In this document: one piece after another, positions 19,807 through 30,465 of the stretch | Position numbering within the stretch: the first letter of the stretch is position 1 | How the letters are laid out: each line of letters starts with the position of its first letter | Assembly (NCBI GenBank): GCA_963811385.1 | Contig: CAWEQX010000002.1 | Span: forward strand, 227,081-291,080 | DNA: 64,000 bases | Origin: an uncultured Actinomycetota bacterium | GTDB taxonomy: Bacteria; Actinomycetota; Actinomycetes; Propionibacteriales; Nocardioidaceae | Direction: 5' to 3' | The notes under the pieces: generated by a model | The model's input: the letters and a program-made list of their open reading frames with translations, nothing else | Databases searched by the model: none | Told to the model about the DNA's origin: nothing | Program-made: the position numbers and the translations under genes

Positions 19807-21681
19807 GTGAGCCACTACAAGAGCAACATGCGGGACATCGAGTTCAACCTCTTCGAGGTGCTGAACCGGCAGGAGATCCTCGGCACCGGCCCGTTCGAGG
19901 AGATCGACGTCGACACCGCCAGGTCGATCCTCTCCGAGGTCGACCGCATGTCCCGCGGCGAGCTGGCCGAGTCCTTCGAGGACGCCGACCGCAACCCGCC
20001 GACCTTCGACCCGGCGACCGGCGAGGCCGACCTGCCCGCGTCGTTCAAGAAGAGCTACCGGGCCTGGATGGACGCCGAGTACTGGCGCCTGGGCACGCTG
20101 GCCAGCCTGGGCGGCACCCCCGCCCCCTCCACGATCAACTGGGCCATGGGCGAGATGGTGCTCGGCGCCAACCCGGCGCTGTGGATGTACGGCGCGGGCC
20201 CGATGTTCGCCGGCGTCGTCGAGCGCAACGGCAACGAGCGCGACCACAAGATCGCCCAGCTCATGGTCGACAAGGGCTGGGTCGCCACGATGGTGCTCAC
20301 CGAGCCCGACGCGGGCTCCGACGTCGGCGCCGGACGCACGAAGGCCACCCCCAACGACGACGGCACCTGGAACATCGAGGGCGTCAAGCGCTTCATCACC
20401 TCGGCCGAGGGCGACCTGAGCGACAACATCATCCATCTCGTGCTGGCCCGCCCGGTCGGCGTCGAGGGCGTCGGCGGCCCCGGCACCAAGGGCCTGTCGC
20501 TGTTCATCGTGCCGAAGTTCCACTTCGACCTCGAGACCGGCGAGCTGGGCGAGCGCAACGGCGCCTACGTCACCAACGTCGAGAAGAAGATGGGCATCAA
20601 GGTCTCCAACACCTGCGAGGTCACCTTCGGCGACCCGGGCGTCGGCGGCGGCGAGCCCGCCAGGGGATACCTCCTCGGGGAGGTCCACGACGGCATCGCG
20701 CAGATGTTCCAGGTCATCGAGAACGCCCGCATGATGGTCGGCACCAAGGCCATCGCGACCCTGTCGACCGGCTACCTCAACGCCCTCGACTTCGCCAAGG
20801 GCCGCGTGCAGGGTCCCGACCTGGCCCGGGCGGCCGACAAGACCGCCCCCCGCGTCACCATCACCCACCACCCTGACGTGCGCCGGTCGCTGATGACCCA
20901 GAAGTCGTACGCCGAGGCGCTGCGCGCGCTGGTGCTCTACACCGCCTCGTGGCAGGACCGCGTGATGATCGCCGAGCACGACGGCCGGCGCGACGAGCTG
21001 GCCGAGCGGGTCAACGACCTGCTCCTGCCGATCGTCAAGGGCTACGGCTCCGAGCGCTCGTGGGTGCTGCTGGGCACCGAGTCGCTGCAGACCTTCGGCG
21101 GCTCCGGCTTCCTGCAGGAGTACCCGATCGAGCAGTACGTCCGCGACGCCAAGATCGACACCCTCTACGAGGGCACCACCGCGATCCAGGGGCAGGACTT
21201 CTTCTTCCGCAAGATCGTCAAGGACCAGGCGCAGGCGCTCGGCCACCTGGCCGGCGAGATCGAGCAGTTCGTCAAGAGCGAGGCCGGCAACGGTCGCCTC
21301 AAGGTCGAGCGCGAGCTGCTCGCCACCGCGCTCGAGGACGGCAACGCGATCGTCGCCACGATGATCGGCCAGCTGATGTCGGCCGACGAGTCCGCCGAGG
21401 GCGGCGACGTCCGCAACATCTACAAGGTGGGGCTCAACACCACGCGCCTGCTGATGGCGCTGGGCGACATCGTCTGCTCGTGGCTGCTGCTGCGCCAGGC
21501 CGAGGTGGCCCTGGACAAGCTCGGGGGCGAGGTCTCGGACAAGGACCGCGACTTCTACGAGGGCAAGGTGGCTGCCGCGCAGTTCTTCGCCCGCCACGTG
21601 CTGCCCAAGCTGACCGCGGAACGCCAGATCGCCGAGGCGATGGACGTCTCTCTCATGGACGTGCCGGAGAGCGCGTTCTGA
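19807..21681 (+). CDS. large acyl-CoA dehydrogenase (FadE5-like, about 620 aa class with C-terminal extension)
   Basis: 624 aa. N-terminus [19 protein letters not shown]..., ACAD middle and C-terminal domains ([24 protein letters not shown]). GTG start follows GAAGGGG. Confidence 0.92.
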   Translation: MSHYKSNMRDIEFNLFEVLNRQEILGTGPFEEIDVDTARSILSEVDRMSRGELAESFEDADRNPPTFDPATGEADLPASFKKSYRAWMDAEYWRLGTLASLGGTPAPSTINWAMGEMVLGANPALWMYGAGPMFAGVVERNGNERDHKIAQLMVDKGWVATMVLTEPDAGSDVGAGRTKATPNDDGTWNIEGVKRFITSAEGDLSDNIIHLVLARPVGVEGVGGPGTKGLSLFIVPKFHFDLETGELGERNGAYVTNVEKKMGIKVSNTCEVTFGDPGVGGGEPARGYLLGEVHDGIAQMFQVIENARMMVGTKAIATLSTGYLNALDFAKGRVQGPDLARAADKTAPRVTITHHPDVRRSLMTQKSYAEALRALVLYTASWQDRVMIAEHDGRRDELAERVNDLLLPIVKGYGSERSWVLLGTESLQTFGGSGFLQEYPIEQYVRDAKIDTLYEGTTAIQGQDFFFRKIVKDQAQALGHLAGEIEQFVKSEAGNGRLKVERELLATALEDGNAIVATMIGQLMSADESAEGGDVRNIYKVGLNTTRLLMALGDIVCSWLLLRQAEVALDKLGGEVSDKDRDFYEGKVAAAQFFARHVLPKLTAERQIAEAMDVSLMDVPESAF

Positions 21682-21765
21682 CCCTCCCGACAGCGCCGCA
21701 GCCACCCCGCCCGGGGTCGGCTGCGGCGCTTCGTCGTGTCCAGGCGCCTCACTAGGCTGCCGCGC

Positions 21766-22662
21766 ATGAGCGCCGAGACCCCCGACCGCACCGCCGGACC
21801 CGACGGGCCCGACGGGTCCGCGTCCGCAGCCCACGCCCGTGTGCGGGAGCACGTCGCGACCTGGGAGTCCGCCTGCGCCGACGCGGTCGCGCTGCTGCGC
21901 TCGCTCGAGCCCGGTGACTGGGACCGGCCGACCGAGCTGCCCGGCTGGGACGTGCGCGCGGTCGCGGCCCACCTGGCCCACCTCGAGGGCGAGCTCGCCG
22001 GGCGACCGCAGGAGCAGGTCGCGGTGCCCGAGCTGCCCCACGTGCGGGGGTTCATGGGGCGCTACACCGAGGCCGGTGCGATCGCCCGACGCGACTGGGA
22101 GACCGCACGCATCGTCAGCGAGCTGGAGGAGGCCGTCGCCGAGCGGCGCGCGGAGCTGGCCGCAGGCCCGCCCGCGGACCCCACCGCCGCCGGGCCGTCG
22201 TTCGCGGCCCTGGCGGGCTGGAGCTGGGAGACCCTGCTGCACAACCGGCCCTTCGACGTCTGGATGCACGAGCAGGACATCCGCCGCGCCGTCGGACGCC
22301 CCGGCGGCCTGGGCACCCCCGGAGCCGCGCACGCGGCGCGGGTCCTGGCGCGGTCGATGGGGATGGTGGTCGGCAAGCGCGGCGGCGCACGGCCGGGGCA
22401 GTCGGTGCTCGTCGAGCTGAGCGGCGTCGAGCACCCCGACGTGCCGAGCCGCTTGGCCGTGCTGGTCGGCGACGACGGCCGCGCGCGGTCCGCCGACCCC
22501 GACGACCTGCCGGGCGGGCCGACGGCGACGATCCGCCTCTCGTTCGTCGACTGGGTCCGCCTCGGCGGCGGGCGCGCGGGCGTCGACGACGTCGAGACCG
22601 AGGTCGCCGGCGACGAGGCGCTCGGCCGCCGCGTGGTCGCCGGCATGGCCGTCACCCCGTGA
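21766..22662 (+). CDS. DinB-like / mycothiol-dependent maleylpyruvate-isomerase-family protein
   Basis: ATG at 21766 with a TAGGCT hexamer 7 nt upstream (leaderless pattern). The N-terminal domain motif is WDRPTELPGWDVRAVAAHLAHLE. Confidence 0.8.
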   Translation: MSAETPDRTAGPDGPDGSASAAHARVREHVATWESACADAVALLRSLEPGDWDRPTELPGWDVRAVAAHLAHLEGELAGRPQEQVAVPELPHVRGFMGRYTEAGAIARRDWETARIVSELEEAVAERRAELAAGPPADPTAAGPSFAALAGWSWETLLHNRPFDVWMHEQDIRRAVGRPGGLGTPGAAHAARVLARSMGMVVGKRGGARPGQSVLVELSGVEHPDVPSRLAVLVGDDGRARSADPDDLPGGPTATIRLSFVDWVRLGGGRAGVDDVETEVAGDEALGRRVVAGMAVTP

Positions 22663-22702
22663 CCTGGCCCGAGCGACCCGACCGAGCCGGGCGAGGCCGT
22701 GG

Positions 22703-24334
22703 CTAGGTCCGGTCGGCCCCCGCACGAAGGGCGTCGGGCTCCTCGAGCCGGTCACCCGGCCGGCGGGGGACGCGCCAGGTCATCACCGTGCCGGTCGGCT
22801 CGTTGCCCGTCCAGGTGGCGGTGCCGCCGAGGTTGCGGGCGCGGTTCATCAGGTTGCTGATGCCGCTGCTGCGCGGCAGGGGGTCGGGCAGCCCCACGCC
22901 GTCGTCGGCGACCTGGACGGCGAGGTCGCGGTCGGTGCCGACCAGCGAGACCGCCACGTGCGAGGCGCGGGCGTGCCGCGCGATGTTGGACAGCGCCTCC
23001 TGCATCACCGAGGCGACCTGCGCCACCAGGTCGGGCGGCAGGCCGTCCACGAGACCCTCGGCCGAGATCTGGGGCATGAAGCCGAGGATGCGCGAGGCGC
23101 GGGAGGCGATGTCGTGCAGCACCTGCTCGACGTCGTCGTGGTCGGCGATGCTGGTCAGCTCGAAGATCGAGTTGCGCAGCTCGCGGATGGCCATGTCGAG
23201 CTCGCGAGCCACCGAGTTGAGGCTCTCGCCGAGGTGGGCGTCGTCGCCGTACTGCTGCTCGATCTTGCGGGCGGTGCGACCGAGCGCCGCGACCTGGAGC
23301 CCGGCGGCGAAGATGCGCTGGATCACCCGGTCGTGCAGGTCGCGGGCGATCCGGTCGCGCTCCTCGAGCAGGGCGAGCCGGGTGCGTTGCCGGTCGATCT
23401 GCACCGACCGCACCCGCACCCGCTCCTCGAGCTCCAGGTTGACCTGGTGCAGCTCGTCGACGAGCTTCTCCCGCTCGGCGTCGATGCGCTGGGCGGTGCG
23501 CGCCGCGCCGTAGGTGACCAGCACGATGCCGAGGGCCACCGTCGCCATGAGCAGGGTGGCACCGACCCTGAGGTCGAACAGGTCCGCGGCCTGGCCGGTG
23601 ATCCACAGCCGGCCGACGAAGGGGATGACCAGGGTCGCGATGGGGGTGATCACGCGCAGCAGCTGTGCGCCCGGGTCGGTGCCGAAGAAGACCCACTGCA
23701 GGCCTCGGTGCGGGACCGTGACCAGGACGGCGTGCCCGAGCAGCACGACCATGACCGCGGTCAGCAGGCCCATCGCGGTGGCGCCGGAGGCACGGTAGAG
23801 CGCGTCGGCGTCGTAGAGGTGGGCGTAGAGCACGAACCCGCCGATCAGCACGGGCAGCGCGGCCAGGACGCTGCCGGTGACCACGCGTCCGCGCGGGACC
23901 AGGACCACGGCCGCGGCGAGGGCGAGCACGCAGGCGCAGGTCAGCACCGAGGGCCGGCCGGGGTGGGCCGCGCCGAGGAAGTCGTCGACGACCAGCTCGT
24001 CGATGCCGAGGGAGACCCCGGTGACCCACTCGACCAGGACGACGAGGGCCGGGAGCGCGGCGAGCGCGGCGAGGGCGTCACGGGTCTGCCCGCGCAGGGC
24101 GGCGACCGACGCGGCGAGCGCCAGGGTCATCACGGCGGTGAGGAGCTTGGTCGAGGCGGCGTGGCTGGCCGGGGCGACGAGCCGCTCGGCCTCGACGACC
24201 CAGCCGACGATCACGGCGACGGAGATGAGGCCGACCGCGCCGACGACGACCAGCGAGTGGGTCCGCCCGCGGCGCTCCCACTCGTCGAGGATGGCGGCGC
24301 GGATGGTCCGCAGCGAGCTACGTCTCGCAGCCAC
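22703..24334 (-). CDS. membrane sensor histidine kinase (HisKA_3 / NarL-partner type), no adjacent response regulator
   Basis: 543 aa. About 8-9 N-terminal TM helices, a coiled coil, an H-box (ERDRIARDLHDRVIQ) and HATPase_c motifs (SNIARHA, DDGVGLP, GISNLMNRA). AAGGAGG RBS. Confidence 0.88.
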   Translation of the reverse strand: MAARRSSLRTIRAAILDEWERRGRTHSLVVVGAVGLISVAVIVGWVVEAERLVAPASHAASTKLLTAVMTLALAASVAALRGQTRDALAALAALPALVVLVEWVTGVSLGIDELVVDDFLGAAHPGRPSVLTCACVLALAAAVVLVPRGRVVTGSVLAALPVLIGGFVLYAHLYDADALYRASGATAMGLLTAVMVVLLGHAVLVTVPHRGLQWVFFGTDPGAQLLRVITPIATLVIPFVGRLWITGQAADLFDLRVGATLLMATVALGIVLVTYGAARTAQRIDAEREKLVDELHQVNLELEERVRVRSVQIDRQRTRLALLEERDRIARDLHDRVIQRIFAAGLQVAALGRTARKIEQQYGDDAHLGESLNSVARELDMAIRELRNSIFELTSIADHDDVEQVLHDIASRASRILGFMPQISAEGLVDGLPPDLVAQVASVMQEALSNIARHARASHVAVSLVGTDRDLAVQVADDGVGLPDPLPRSSGISNLMNRARNLGGTATWTGNEPTGTVMTWRVPRRPGDRLEEPDALRAGADRT

Positions 24335-24496
24335 CTGGCCTCCTTGTCGCGACCCGCCGTGGGTCTGTCACCTCCGGATGAGGTCCATCGTGCCGAACCC
24401 TGGGACCGCACATGCGGAAATCCCCACGTGGGTGACGTGTCAGCGGAAGCAAGCGACGGCATTGTCACACATCGACAGGTTCGGGACGTAGGACCT

Positions 24497-25357
24497 CTAC
24501 GGCCGGCGGGGGAACTTCTCGAACTCGGGGCGCCGCTTGGCCTTGAACGCCTCACGGCCCTCCTGGGCCTCCGGGTTGCCGTAGAACAGCAGGTTGGCGT
24601 CGTGGGCGAGCTGCTGGATCCCGGCGTAGCCGTCCTCGTGGGCGTGCATGCTCAGCTTGTAGAGCCGGATCGCCCACGGGGAGAGCGCCAGCATCTCGCG
24701 GCACCAGGCCACCGTCGTCTCCTCGAGCTCGGCCAGCGGCACCACGGTGTTGACCAGCCCCATGTCGAGCGCCTGCTGGGCGTCGTACTGGCGGCAGAGG
24801 AACCAGATCTCCTTGGCCTTCTTGGGGCCGACCAGGTCGGCGAGCAGGCCCGCGCCGTAGCCGCCGTCGAAGGAGCCCACCTTGGGGCCGACCTGGCCGA
24901 AACGAGCGTTGTCCGCGGCGATGGTCAGGTCGCAGACCAGGTGCAGCACGTGGCCTCCGCCGATCGCCCAGCCGGCGACCATCGCCACGATCGGCTTGGG
25001 GCAGCGGCGCATGGCGACGTGCAGGTCGGTGACGTGGAAGCGGCCGGTGGCACCTTCGTGGGTCTTGTAGCCGCTGTCGCCGCGCACGCGCTGGTCCCCA
25101 CCGGAGCAGAACGCGCGGTCGCCCTCACCGGTGAGGATGATCGCGCCGACCGACTCGTCCTCGCGCGCGAGCTCGAGGGCCTGGCCGATCTGGATGATCG
25201 TCTGCGGGCGGAAGGCGTTGTGCACCTCGGGCCGGATGATCGTGATCTTGGCGATCCCGTCCTCGGTGGTCTCGTAGCGGACGTCGGTCCACTCCGGGTC
25301 GCCGGCCTCCCGCCACTCGGCGGCCGTCCTGATCTGGCTCTCGGTGCGCTCGCTCAT
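24497..25357 (-). CDS. menB: 1,4-dihydroxy-2-naphthoyl-CoA synthase
   Basis: 286 aa. A crotonase fold with MenB-specific segments ([41 protein letters not shown]). Confidence 0.95.
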   Translation of the reverse strand: MSERTESQIRTAAEWREAGDPEWTDVRYETTEDGIAKITIIRPEVHNAFRPQTIIQIGQALELAREDESVGAIILTGEGDRAFCSGGDQRVRGDSGYKTHEGATGRFHVTDLHVAMRRCPKPIVAMVAGWAIGGGHVLHLVCDLTIAADNARFGQVGPKVGSFDGGYGAGLLADLVGPKKAKEIWFLCRQYDAQQALDMGLVNTVVPLAELEETTVAWCREMLALSPWAIRLYKLSMHAHEDGYAGIQQLAHDANLLFYGNPEAQEGREAFKAKRRPEFEKFPRRP

Positions 25358-25417
25358 GGGGCCGATTCTCGACCACCCGGCGAAACCCGGACGCAGCGGT
25401 CCCCCGGTCGCCCCGCC

Positions 25418-26020
25418 TCACGAACCGAGCGCGTGCATGAGGACCCCCAGCAGGACCTCGGCGAAGCCGGCGGGGTCCGGCGCGTCGCCGACGACCGCGG
25501 CGACGACGTACCCCTCGAAGGCGGCGACCATGATCTCCGCGCACTGGCGCGAGACCTCGGGCCGGCTCAGCGGCATGGCGGGGTCGCGCTCGATGGCGTA
25601 GCGCAGCCAGGCGGTCATCTCCGAGAGGGCCTGGCGCCGGTGCTCGTGGCAGACCGCGCGGACGGGAAGGTCGTCGGGCAGGTCCTCCATCACCAGGGCG
25701 ATCCCGGCGACCACCAGCGGCGGCGGGTCGGCCAGGCGGCGGGCCTGCGCGAGCAGCGTCTCCTCCAGGTGCGAGCGCAGGGACTCGCCGGCGCTGATCG
25801 GCATCCAGTCCTCGCGCTCGGCGCGCCACTGCTCGTAGCCGCTGACGATCGCGTCGGCGAGCAGCGTCTCGAGGTCGTCGGCCAGGGCCAGGACGTCGGC
25901 CGGCTCCACGCCGGCACGCTCGGCGATGCCCGGCACGTCGGTGCCGTGGTAGCCGTGCGCGGCGAGCTCGGCGACGGCCGCGCGGAGCACGACCGGGCGG
26001 AGGGCGAGGACGGCGCTCAC
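25418..26020 (-). CDS. TetR-family transcriptional regulator
   Basis: 200 aa with a degenerate N-terminal TetR HTH (VLRAAVAELAAHGYHGTDVPGIAERAGVEPADV). Lies in tandem with a second TetR-like gene. Confidence 0.75.
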   Translation of the reverse strand: MSAVLALRPVVLRAAVAELAAHGYHGTDVPGIAERAGVEPADVLALADDLETLLADAIVSGYEQWRAEREDWMPISAGESLRSHLEETLLAQARRLADPPPLVVAGIALVMEDLPDDLPVRAVCHEHRRQALSEMTAWLRYAIERDPAMPLSRPEVSRQCAEIMVAAFEGYVVAAVVGDAPDPAGFAEVLLGVLMHALGS

Positions 26021-26024
26021 CGGC

Positions 26025-26735
26025 TCACCGCCCGACGTGGTCGGCGAGGGACGGCGAGGTGACGTAGGACGACAGCCCGGCGCTCACGGTGCGCACCAGC
26101 ACCGGGAGGTTCCACTCGACGCCGCTCTGCTGCGCCACGAAGGCACCGTCGACCAGGGTGAGGTGCATCCCGGCGAGGCGGTGGGGCAGGCGCGGGTCCT
26201 GCGCCACCGCGGCGACGGGGAGGATCCGGCTCCACCACTCGGCGACGGCCGCGCGGGCGCTGGCACGGACGGCGGCGAACCTCGCGCGTGCCTGGTGCGC
26301 GCGGTGGCCGGCGGTCAGGGCGAGCAGGATGCCGACGGCCCAGAAGTCGGGACAGTCCGACGCGGCGTCGATGCCGGTGAGCAGCCGCCGCGAGATCTCG
26401 TCGGTCAGGCCGGGGACGGGGTCGACGCGGGTCCAGGTCGGGGCGGCGGAGACCCATCGCCGTAGGCAGTCCTCGACGGTGAGCAGCAACAGGTCGTCGA
26501 GGGTCGCGGCGTGCTGCTGGACCTCGTGCAGGCCGAGACCGCTGCGGGCGGCCACGGCCTCCCAGGTCACGGCGCCGTAGCCCCCGCCCAGGGCGAGGTC
26601 GACCACCGCTCGGACGACGGCGTCGTGTCCCGCGGGCACGGCGCGGCCCGGCCGCGCGGCGGAGCCGGTGCCGGGGGCCTCAGCCGCGACCGCTCCGGCC
26701 GGGCGGCTCGGTTGGGACATCGTCTGCATGCTCAT
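26025..26735 (-). CDS. TetR-family transcriptional regulator
   Basis: 236 aa with HTH-like segment VVRAVVDLALGGGYGAVTWEAVAARSGLGLHEV. There is a 4-nt gap to the downstream TetR gene. Confidence 0.7.
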   Translation of the reverse strand: MSMQTMSQPSRPAGAVAAEAPGTGSAARPGRAVPAGHDAVVRAVVDLALGGGYGAVTWEAVAARSGLGLHEVQQHAATLDDLLLLTVEDCLRRWVSAAPTWTRVDPVPGLTDEISRRLLTGIDAASDCPDFWAVGILLALTAGHRAHQARARFAAVRASARAAVAEWWSRILPVAAVAQDPRLPHRLAGMHLTLVDGAFVAQQSGVEWNLPVLVRTVSAGLSSYVTSPSLADHVGR

Positions 26736-26810
26736 CCCTCACGTGACGGAGGAGGTCCGTCTTCGTGACGCGACTTGTCGGGGAGGAGCCGCCGCGACCG
26801 GGCCAGCGGT

Positions 26811-27662
26811 CTAGCCGAGCCGGGCCAGGTCGTCCTCGTCGAGGGTGAGGTCGGTGGCCCGGAACGAGTCCTGGACGGACTCGGGCCGGCTCGCCCCCGG
26901 GATGGGGACGACGCTCCGGGAGAGGCCGAGCTCCCAGGCCAGGGCGACCTGCTGGGGGCTGACCCCGTGCTTGTCGGCGACCTGGGCGAACGCCTCCGCC
27001 GTGCCACCGAGGTCACCGGCCCCGCCCATCCCGCCGAGCGGGCTCCAGGCGAGGAAGGCCAGGCCGAGCTCGGCGCAGAGCTCGACCTCGGGCAGCGAGG
27101 ACCGGAAGACCGGGGAGAGCTGGTTCTGCACGCTCACCAGCGCGTCGCCGAGGACCTCGTGGGCCTCGCGGATCTGGTCGGAGTCGGCGTTGCTGATGCC
27201 ACACGCCTGGACCAGCCCCTCGTCGTACAGCTCCTTGAGCGCGCCCATGGTCTCGGCGTAGGGCACGCCGGGGTCGGGCCGGTGGTGCTGGTAGAGCCCG
27301 ATGCTGTCCACGCCGAGCCGCTCGAGCGAGGCACGGCAGGCACGGTGCAGGTGGTCGCGGCTGCCGTCGATGTCCCAGTCGGTGCCGCGGCGCGTGTGCC
27401 CGCCCTTGGTGGCGACCAGGACGTCGTCGGGGCCGGCGCCGACGCGGCGCAGGACGTCGGCGACGAGGCGCTCGTTGTGACCGAACTCCGCCTCGTCGCG
27501 CGAGTAGGCGTCGGCGGTGTCGATCAGGGTGACGCCGGCCTCGAGGGCGGCGCGGATGGTGGCCTCGGCGCGTTCGGGGTCGTTCTCCTCGCGCACGGAC
27601 ATGGGCATGGCGCCCAGGCCGAGCGCGCTGACGGTGCGGGTGCCGATCTGTCGGGTCTGCAT
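26811..27662 (-). CDS. aldo/keto reductase
   Basis: 283 aa with motifs LGLGAM, IDTADAY, ATKGGH and an AKR C-terminal signature (PIPGAS). Confidence 0.9.
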   Translation of the reverse strand: MQTRQIGTRTVSALGLGAMPMSVREENDPERAEATIRAALEAGVTLIDTADAYSRDEAEFGHNERLVADVLRRVGAGPDDVLVATKGGHTRRGTDWDIDGSRDHLHRACRASLERLGVDSIGLYQHHRPDPGVPYAETMGALKELYDEGLVQACGISNADSDQIREAHEVLGDALVSVQNQLSPVFRSSLPEVELCAELGLAFLAWSPLGGMGGAGDLGGTAEAFAQVADKHGVSPQQVALAWELGLSRSVVPIPGASRPESVQDSFRATDLTLDEDDLARLG

Positions 27663-27719
27663 GACCCCAGGTTGCTCGTGCGGCTGACGGGCAAACCGTC
27701 CCGGGTCGATACTGCTCGC

Positions 27720-28432
27720 ATGCCGCTGCGCCGTCTCCTGCCGCTCCTGCTCGGCGGGCTGGTCGCCGCGCTCCTGGTCGGACCTTCCTGCCTGCCACCG
27801 CCTCGGCGTCCGCCTTCGCGGCGCGTGCGCAGCGGGCGCTCAACCGGCTCGGGTGCGACGCCGGTGCGGTGGACGGCTCGATCGGGGCGCACACCCGGGC
27901 CGCGGTCACCCGGTTCCAGGCCGCCAACGGGCTGGCCCAGGACGCGCACCTCACCGCCTCCACGCGGCGGCGCCTGTACGCCGAGCGGCAGGTCCGCTGC
28001 GACCGCCGGCCCGCGCCCCGGCATTCGTCGACCGGCCGGCGGATCGTGGTCAGCCAGCGGCAGAACTACGTGTGGCTGGTGCGCGCCGGCGGTGGTGTCG
28101 CGGCCCAGGGGCCGATGGTCGACAACCCGTCGGTGCTGTCGCGGGGCGACCACCGGGTGGCGTCGTACTGCGGACGCTCGGCGCGGATCCGCACCAACAC
28201 CGACGCGAGCGGGTCGCTGTGGCTGCCGTACTTCACCCGGTTCGCGCCATGCGGCATCGGCTTCCACCGGGTGCCGCTGCGACGCTCCACCGGCGCCCAG
28301 ATCCACCCCGACTGGATGCTCGGGACCGACCTCCAGCAGTCCCACGGGTGCCTGCGGCTGAGCCGCCGGATGGCCGCCGCGGTGTGGTCCTTCGGGTCTC
28401 TCGGGACCCGCGTGGTGGTCGTCCGGGGATGA
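27720..28432 (+). pseudogene. L,D-transpeptidase (signal peptide + PG-binding domain + YkuD domain), frameshifted as assembled
   Basis: The signal peptide MPLRRLLPLLLGGLVAALLVG is read from ATG 27720. The rest is in the -1 frame: LPATASASAFAARAQRALNRLGCDAGAVDGSIGAHTRAAVTRFQAANGL, then the YkuD motif HRVP...SHGCLRLS. That frame has no ATG/GTG/TTG between the stop at 27662 and 27869. The frame junction is at about 27780-27787. The largest intact ORF is 27869-28432. Confidence 0.7.
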
Positions 28433-28551
28433 CCCCGAGGGCGCTGCCACGGACTTGAACGTTCCACAACGAGAGATGTGCCACTCGGTCCCCGATGGGG
28501 GCCACACGGCGTTATCGCGCTCCGCGAGCCGGAGATAGAGTGCCGAGCACC

Positions 28552-28580
28552 GAAGGGGCCGCCGAGCCCCTTTTCGTGCT
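28552..28580 (+). terminator. terminator-like hairpin plus T-tract between ldt and pckG (within the probable pckG leader)
   Basis: GAAGGGGC-cgccga-GCCCCTTT followed by TCGTGCTT. A TAGAGT -10-like hexamer lies at 28536-28541, just upstream. Confidence 0.35.
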
Positions 28581-28612
28581 TCCGACCGCGGCGACAGAAA
28601 GGCCCTTCTCCC

Positions 28613-30451
28613 ATGGCCGATGTGGACTCAGCACTCGATGCAGCCGGACTCAAGAACGAAGCAGTTCGCGAGTACGTCCGTCACTGGGCAGGCGTCACCG
28701 GCGCCGAGCGGATCGAGGTGGTCAGCGCCGCTGACGACGCGCGCCTGATCCAGGAGGCCCTGGACGCCGGCGAGCTGCTGCCGGCCGGCGAGGGTCGCTA
28801 CTACTCGCGCTCCTACTACAAGGACACCGCGCGCTCCGAGGAGCGCACGATCGTGGCCACGAGCAACCCCGACGACAAGGGCGTCTACAACAACTGGCGC
28901 CCCGCCTCGGAGATGAAGCCGATGCTCGAGGAGCTGATGACCGGCGCCTCGCAGGGCAAGACGATGTACGTCATCCCCTACCTGATGTCGCCCCCCGGCT
29001 CCCCGCTCGAGGAGTTCGCCGCCGGCGTCCAGGTGACCGACAACCGCTGCGTCGTGCTGCACATGATCCGCATGGCCCGCGTCGGGGTCGACCTGATCAA
29101 CAACCTGCAGAAGCCCGAGTCGTTCGTCCGCGCCGTCCACGTGACCGGCGACCTGGAGAACCTCGGCCAGGGCACCCCCGACGACAAGCGCTACTTCGTG
29201 ACCGTCGCCGACGAGCGCACGATCCTGCACTTCGGGTCCTCCTACGGCGGCAACGCGCTGCTCGGCAAGATCGCCCACGGCCTGCGCCAGGCGGCGTACG
29301 ACGGCTGGGCCTCCAAGCAGTTCCTGTCCGAGCAGTTCATGCTGATCGGCATCCAGGACAAGGAGACCGGCCGCAAGTACCACATCTGCGGCGGCTTCCC
29401 GAGCGCCTCCGGCAAGACCAACCTCGCGATGATGCTGGCCCCGGACGCGCTCGGCGACCGCTACTACGTCTCCTTCTACGGCGACGACATCGCATGGCTG
29501 TGGGTCAAGCCCGAGGACGGCCGCGTCTACGCGATGAACCCCGAGAACGGCGTGTTCGGCGTCGCGAAGGACACCAACGAGGGCACCAACCCGACCGCGC
29601 TGGAGTCGATCAAGGAGGGGACCGAGGTCGTCTTCACCAACGTCGCCTACAACGAGAAGACCCACGAGGTGTGGTGGGAGGGCAAGACCAAGCAGCGGCC
29701 CGCCGACCTCGACGGCTGGATGGACTGGAAGGGCGGGCGCATCGCCGACCGGGGCGCGGAGGACCAGGACGCGCCGTGGGCGCACCCGAACTCCCGCTTC
29801 ACCACGACGCTGGCCAACGTGCCCAACGTGGCCGAGGACTTCGAGGACCCCCAGGGCGTGCCGATCGACGGCATCATCTTCGGCGGCCGCACCCGCGACC
29901 GCGAGCCGCTGATCCGCGCGATCACCGACCTCGCCGAGGGCGTCTACGACGGCCTCACGCTGGGTGCCGAGGCGACAGCGGCGGCCGAGGGCGTCGAGGG
30001 GCAGCTGCGCTACGACCCGATGTCGATGCGTCCGTTCATGTCCTACGGCGAGGGCGACTACGCCTCCCACTGGCTGAAGATCCTGGGCGCCGCGAGCGAG
30101 CAGCCGATCTTCGCCCACGTGAACTGGTTCCAGAAGGACCCGGAGGACGGCCACTTCCTGTGGCCGGGCTACCGCGACAACCTGCGCCCGCTGCTGTGGC
30201 TGATGCAGCTCAAGCAGGGTGAGGTCACCGGTCGCGAGACCGCGGTCGGCATCATCCCGACCAAGGACGAGCTCAACCTCGACGGGTTCGAGGGCGACAC
30301 CAGCGACCTGGACCGGCTGCTCGACATCGACGTGGAGCGCTGGCGCCAGGAGATCGGCTTCCGCGAGGACCACCTCAAGCAGTTCGAGCGCCTGCCCGAG
30401 GAGATCTGGGAGGCCCACCGGCGGGTGGCCCGGGCCCTCGACGAGGCCTGA
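28613..30451 (+). CDS. pckG: phosphoenolpyruvate carboxykinase (GTP)
   Basis: 612 aa from the internal ATG (MADVDSALDAAGLKNE...). GTP-PEPCK motifs are present (GGFPSASGKTNLAM, YGGNALLGK, FHVNWF-like HVNWFQKD). Confidence 0.95.
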   Translation: MADVDSALDAAGLKNEAVREYVRHWAGVTGAERIEVVSAADDARLIQEALDAGELLPAGEGRYYSRSYYKDTARSEERTIVATSNPDDKGVYNNWRPASEMKPMLEELMTGASQGKTMYVIPYLMSPPGSPLEEFAAGVQVTDNRCVVLHMIRMARVGVDLINNLQKPESFVRAVHVTGDLENLGQGTPDDKRYFVTVADERTILHFGSSYGGNALLGKIAHGLRQAAYDGWASKQFLSEQFMLIGIQDKETGRKYHICGGFPSASGKTNLAMMLAPDALGDRYYVSFYGDDIAWLWVKPEDGRVYAMNPENGVFGVAKDTNEGTNPTALESIKEGTEVVFTNVAYNEKTHEVWWEGKTKQRPADLDGWMDWKGGRIADRGAEDQDAPWAHPNSRFTTTLANVPNVAEDFEDPQGVPIDGIIFGGRTRDREPLIRAITDLAEGVYDGLTLGAEATAAAEGVEGQLRYDPMSMRPFMSYGEGDYASHWLKILGAASEQPIFAHVNWFQKDPEDGHFLWPGYRDNLRPLLWLMQLKQGEVTGRETAVGIIPTKDELNLDGFEGDTSDLDRLLDIDVERWRQEIGFREDHLKQFERLPEEIWEAHRRVARALDEA

Positions 30452-30465
30452 GGGCCGGGGTTCGG

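Noticed and set aside
27781-27788. The same octamer GACCTTCC occurs at two frameshift sites (27781 and 58360), suggesting a programmed or site-specific event.
   Set aside because: One site needs a nucleotide added and the other a nucleotide removed. No slippery heptamer or downstream structure is evident, and the other four frameshift sites lack the motif. It is most likely coincidence.
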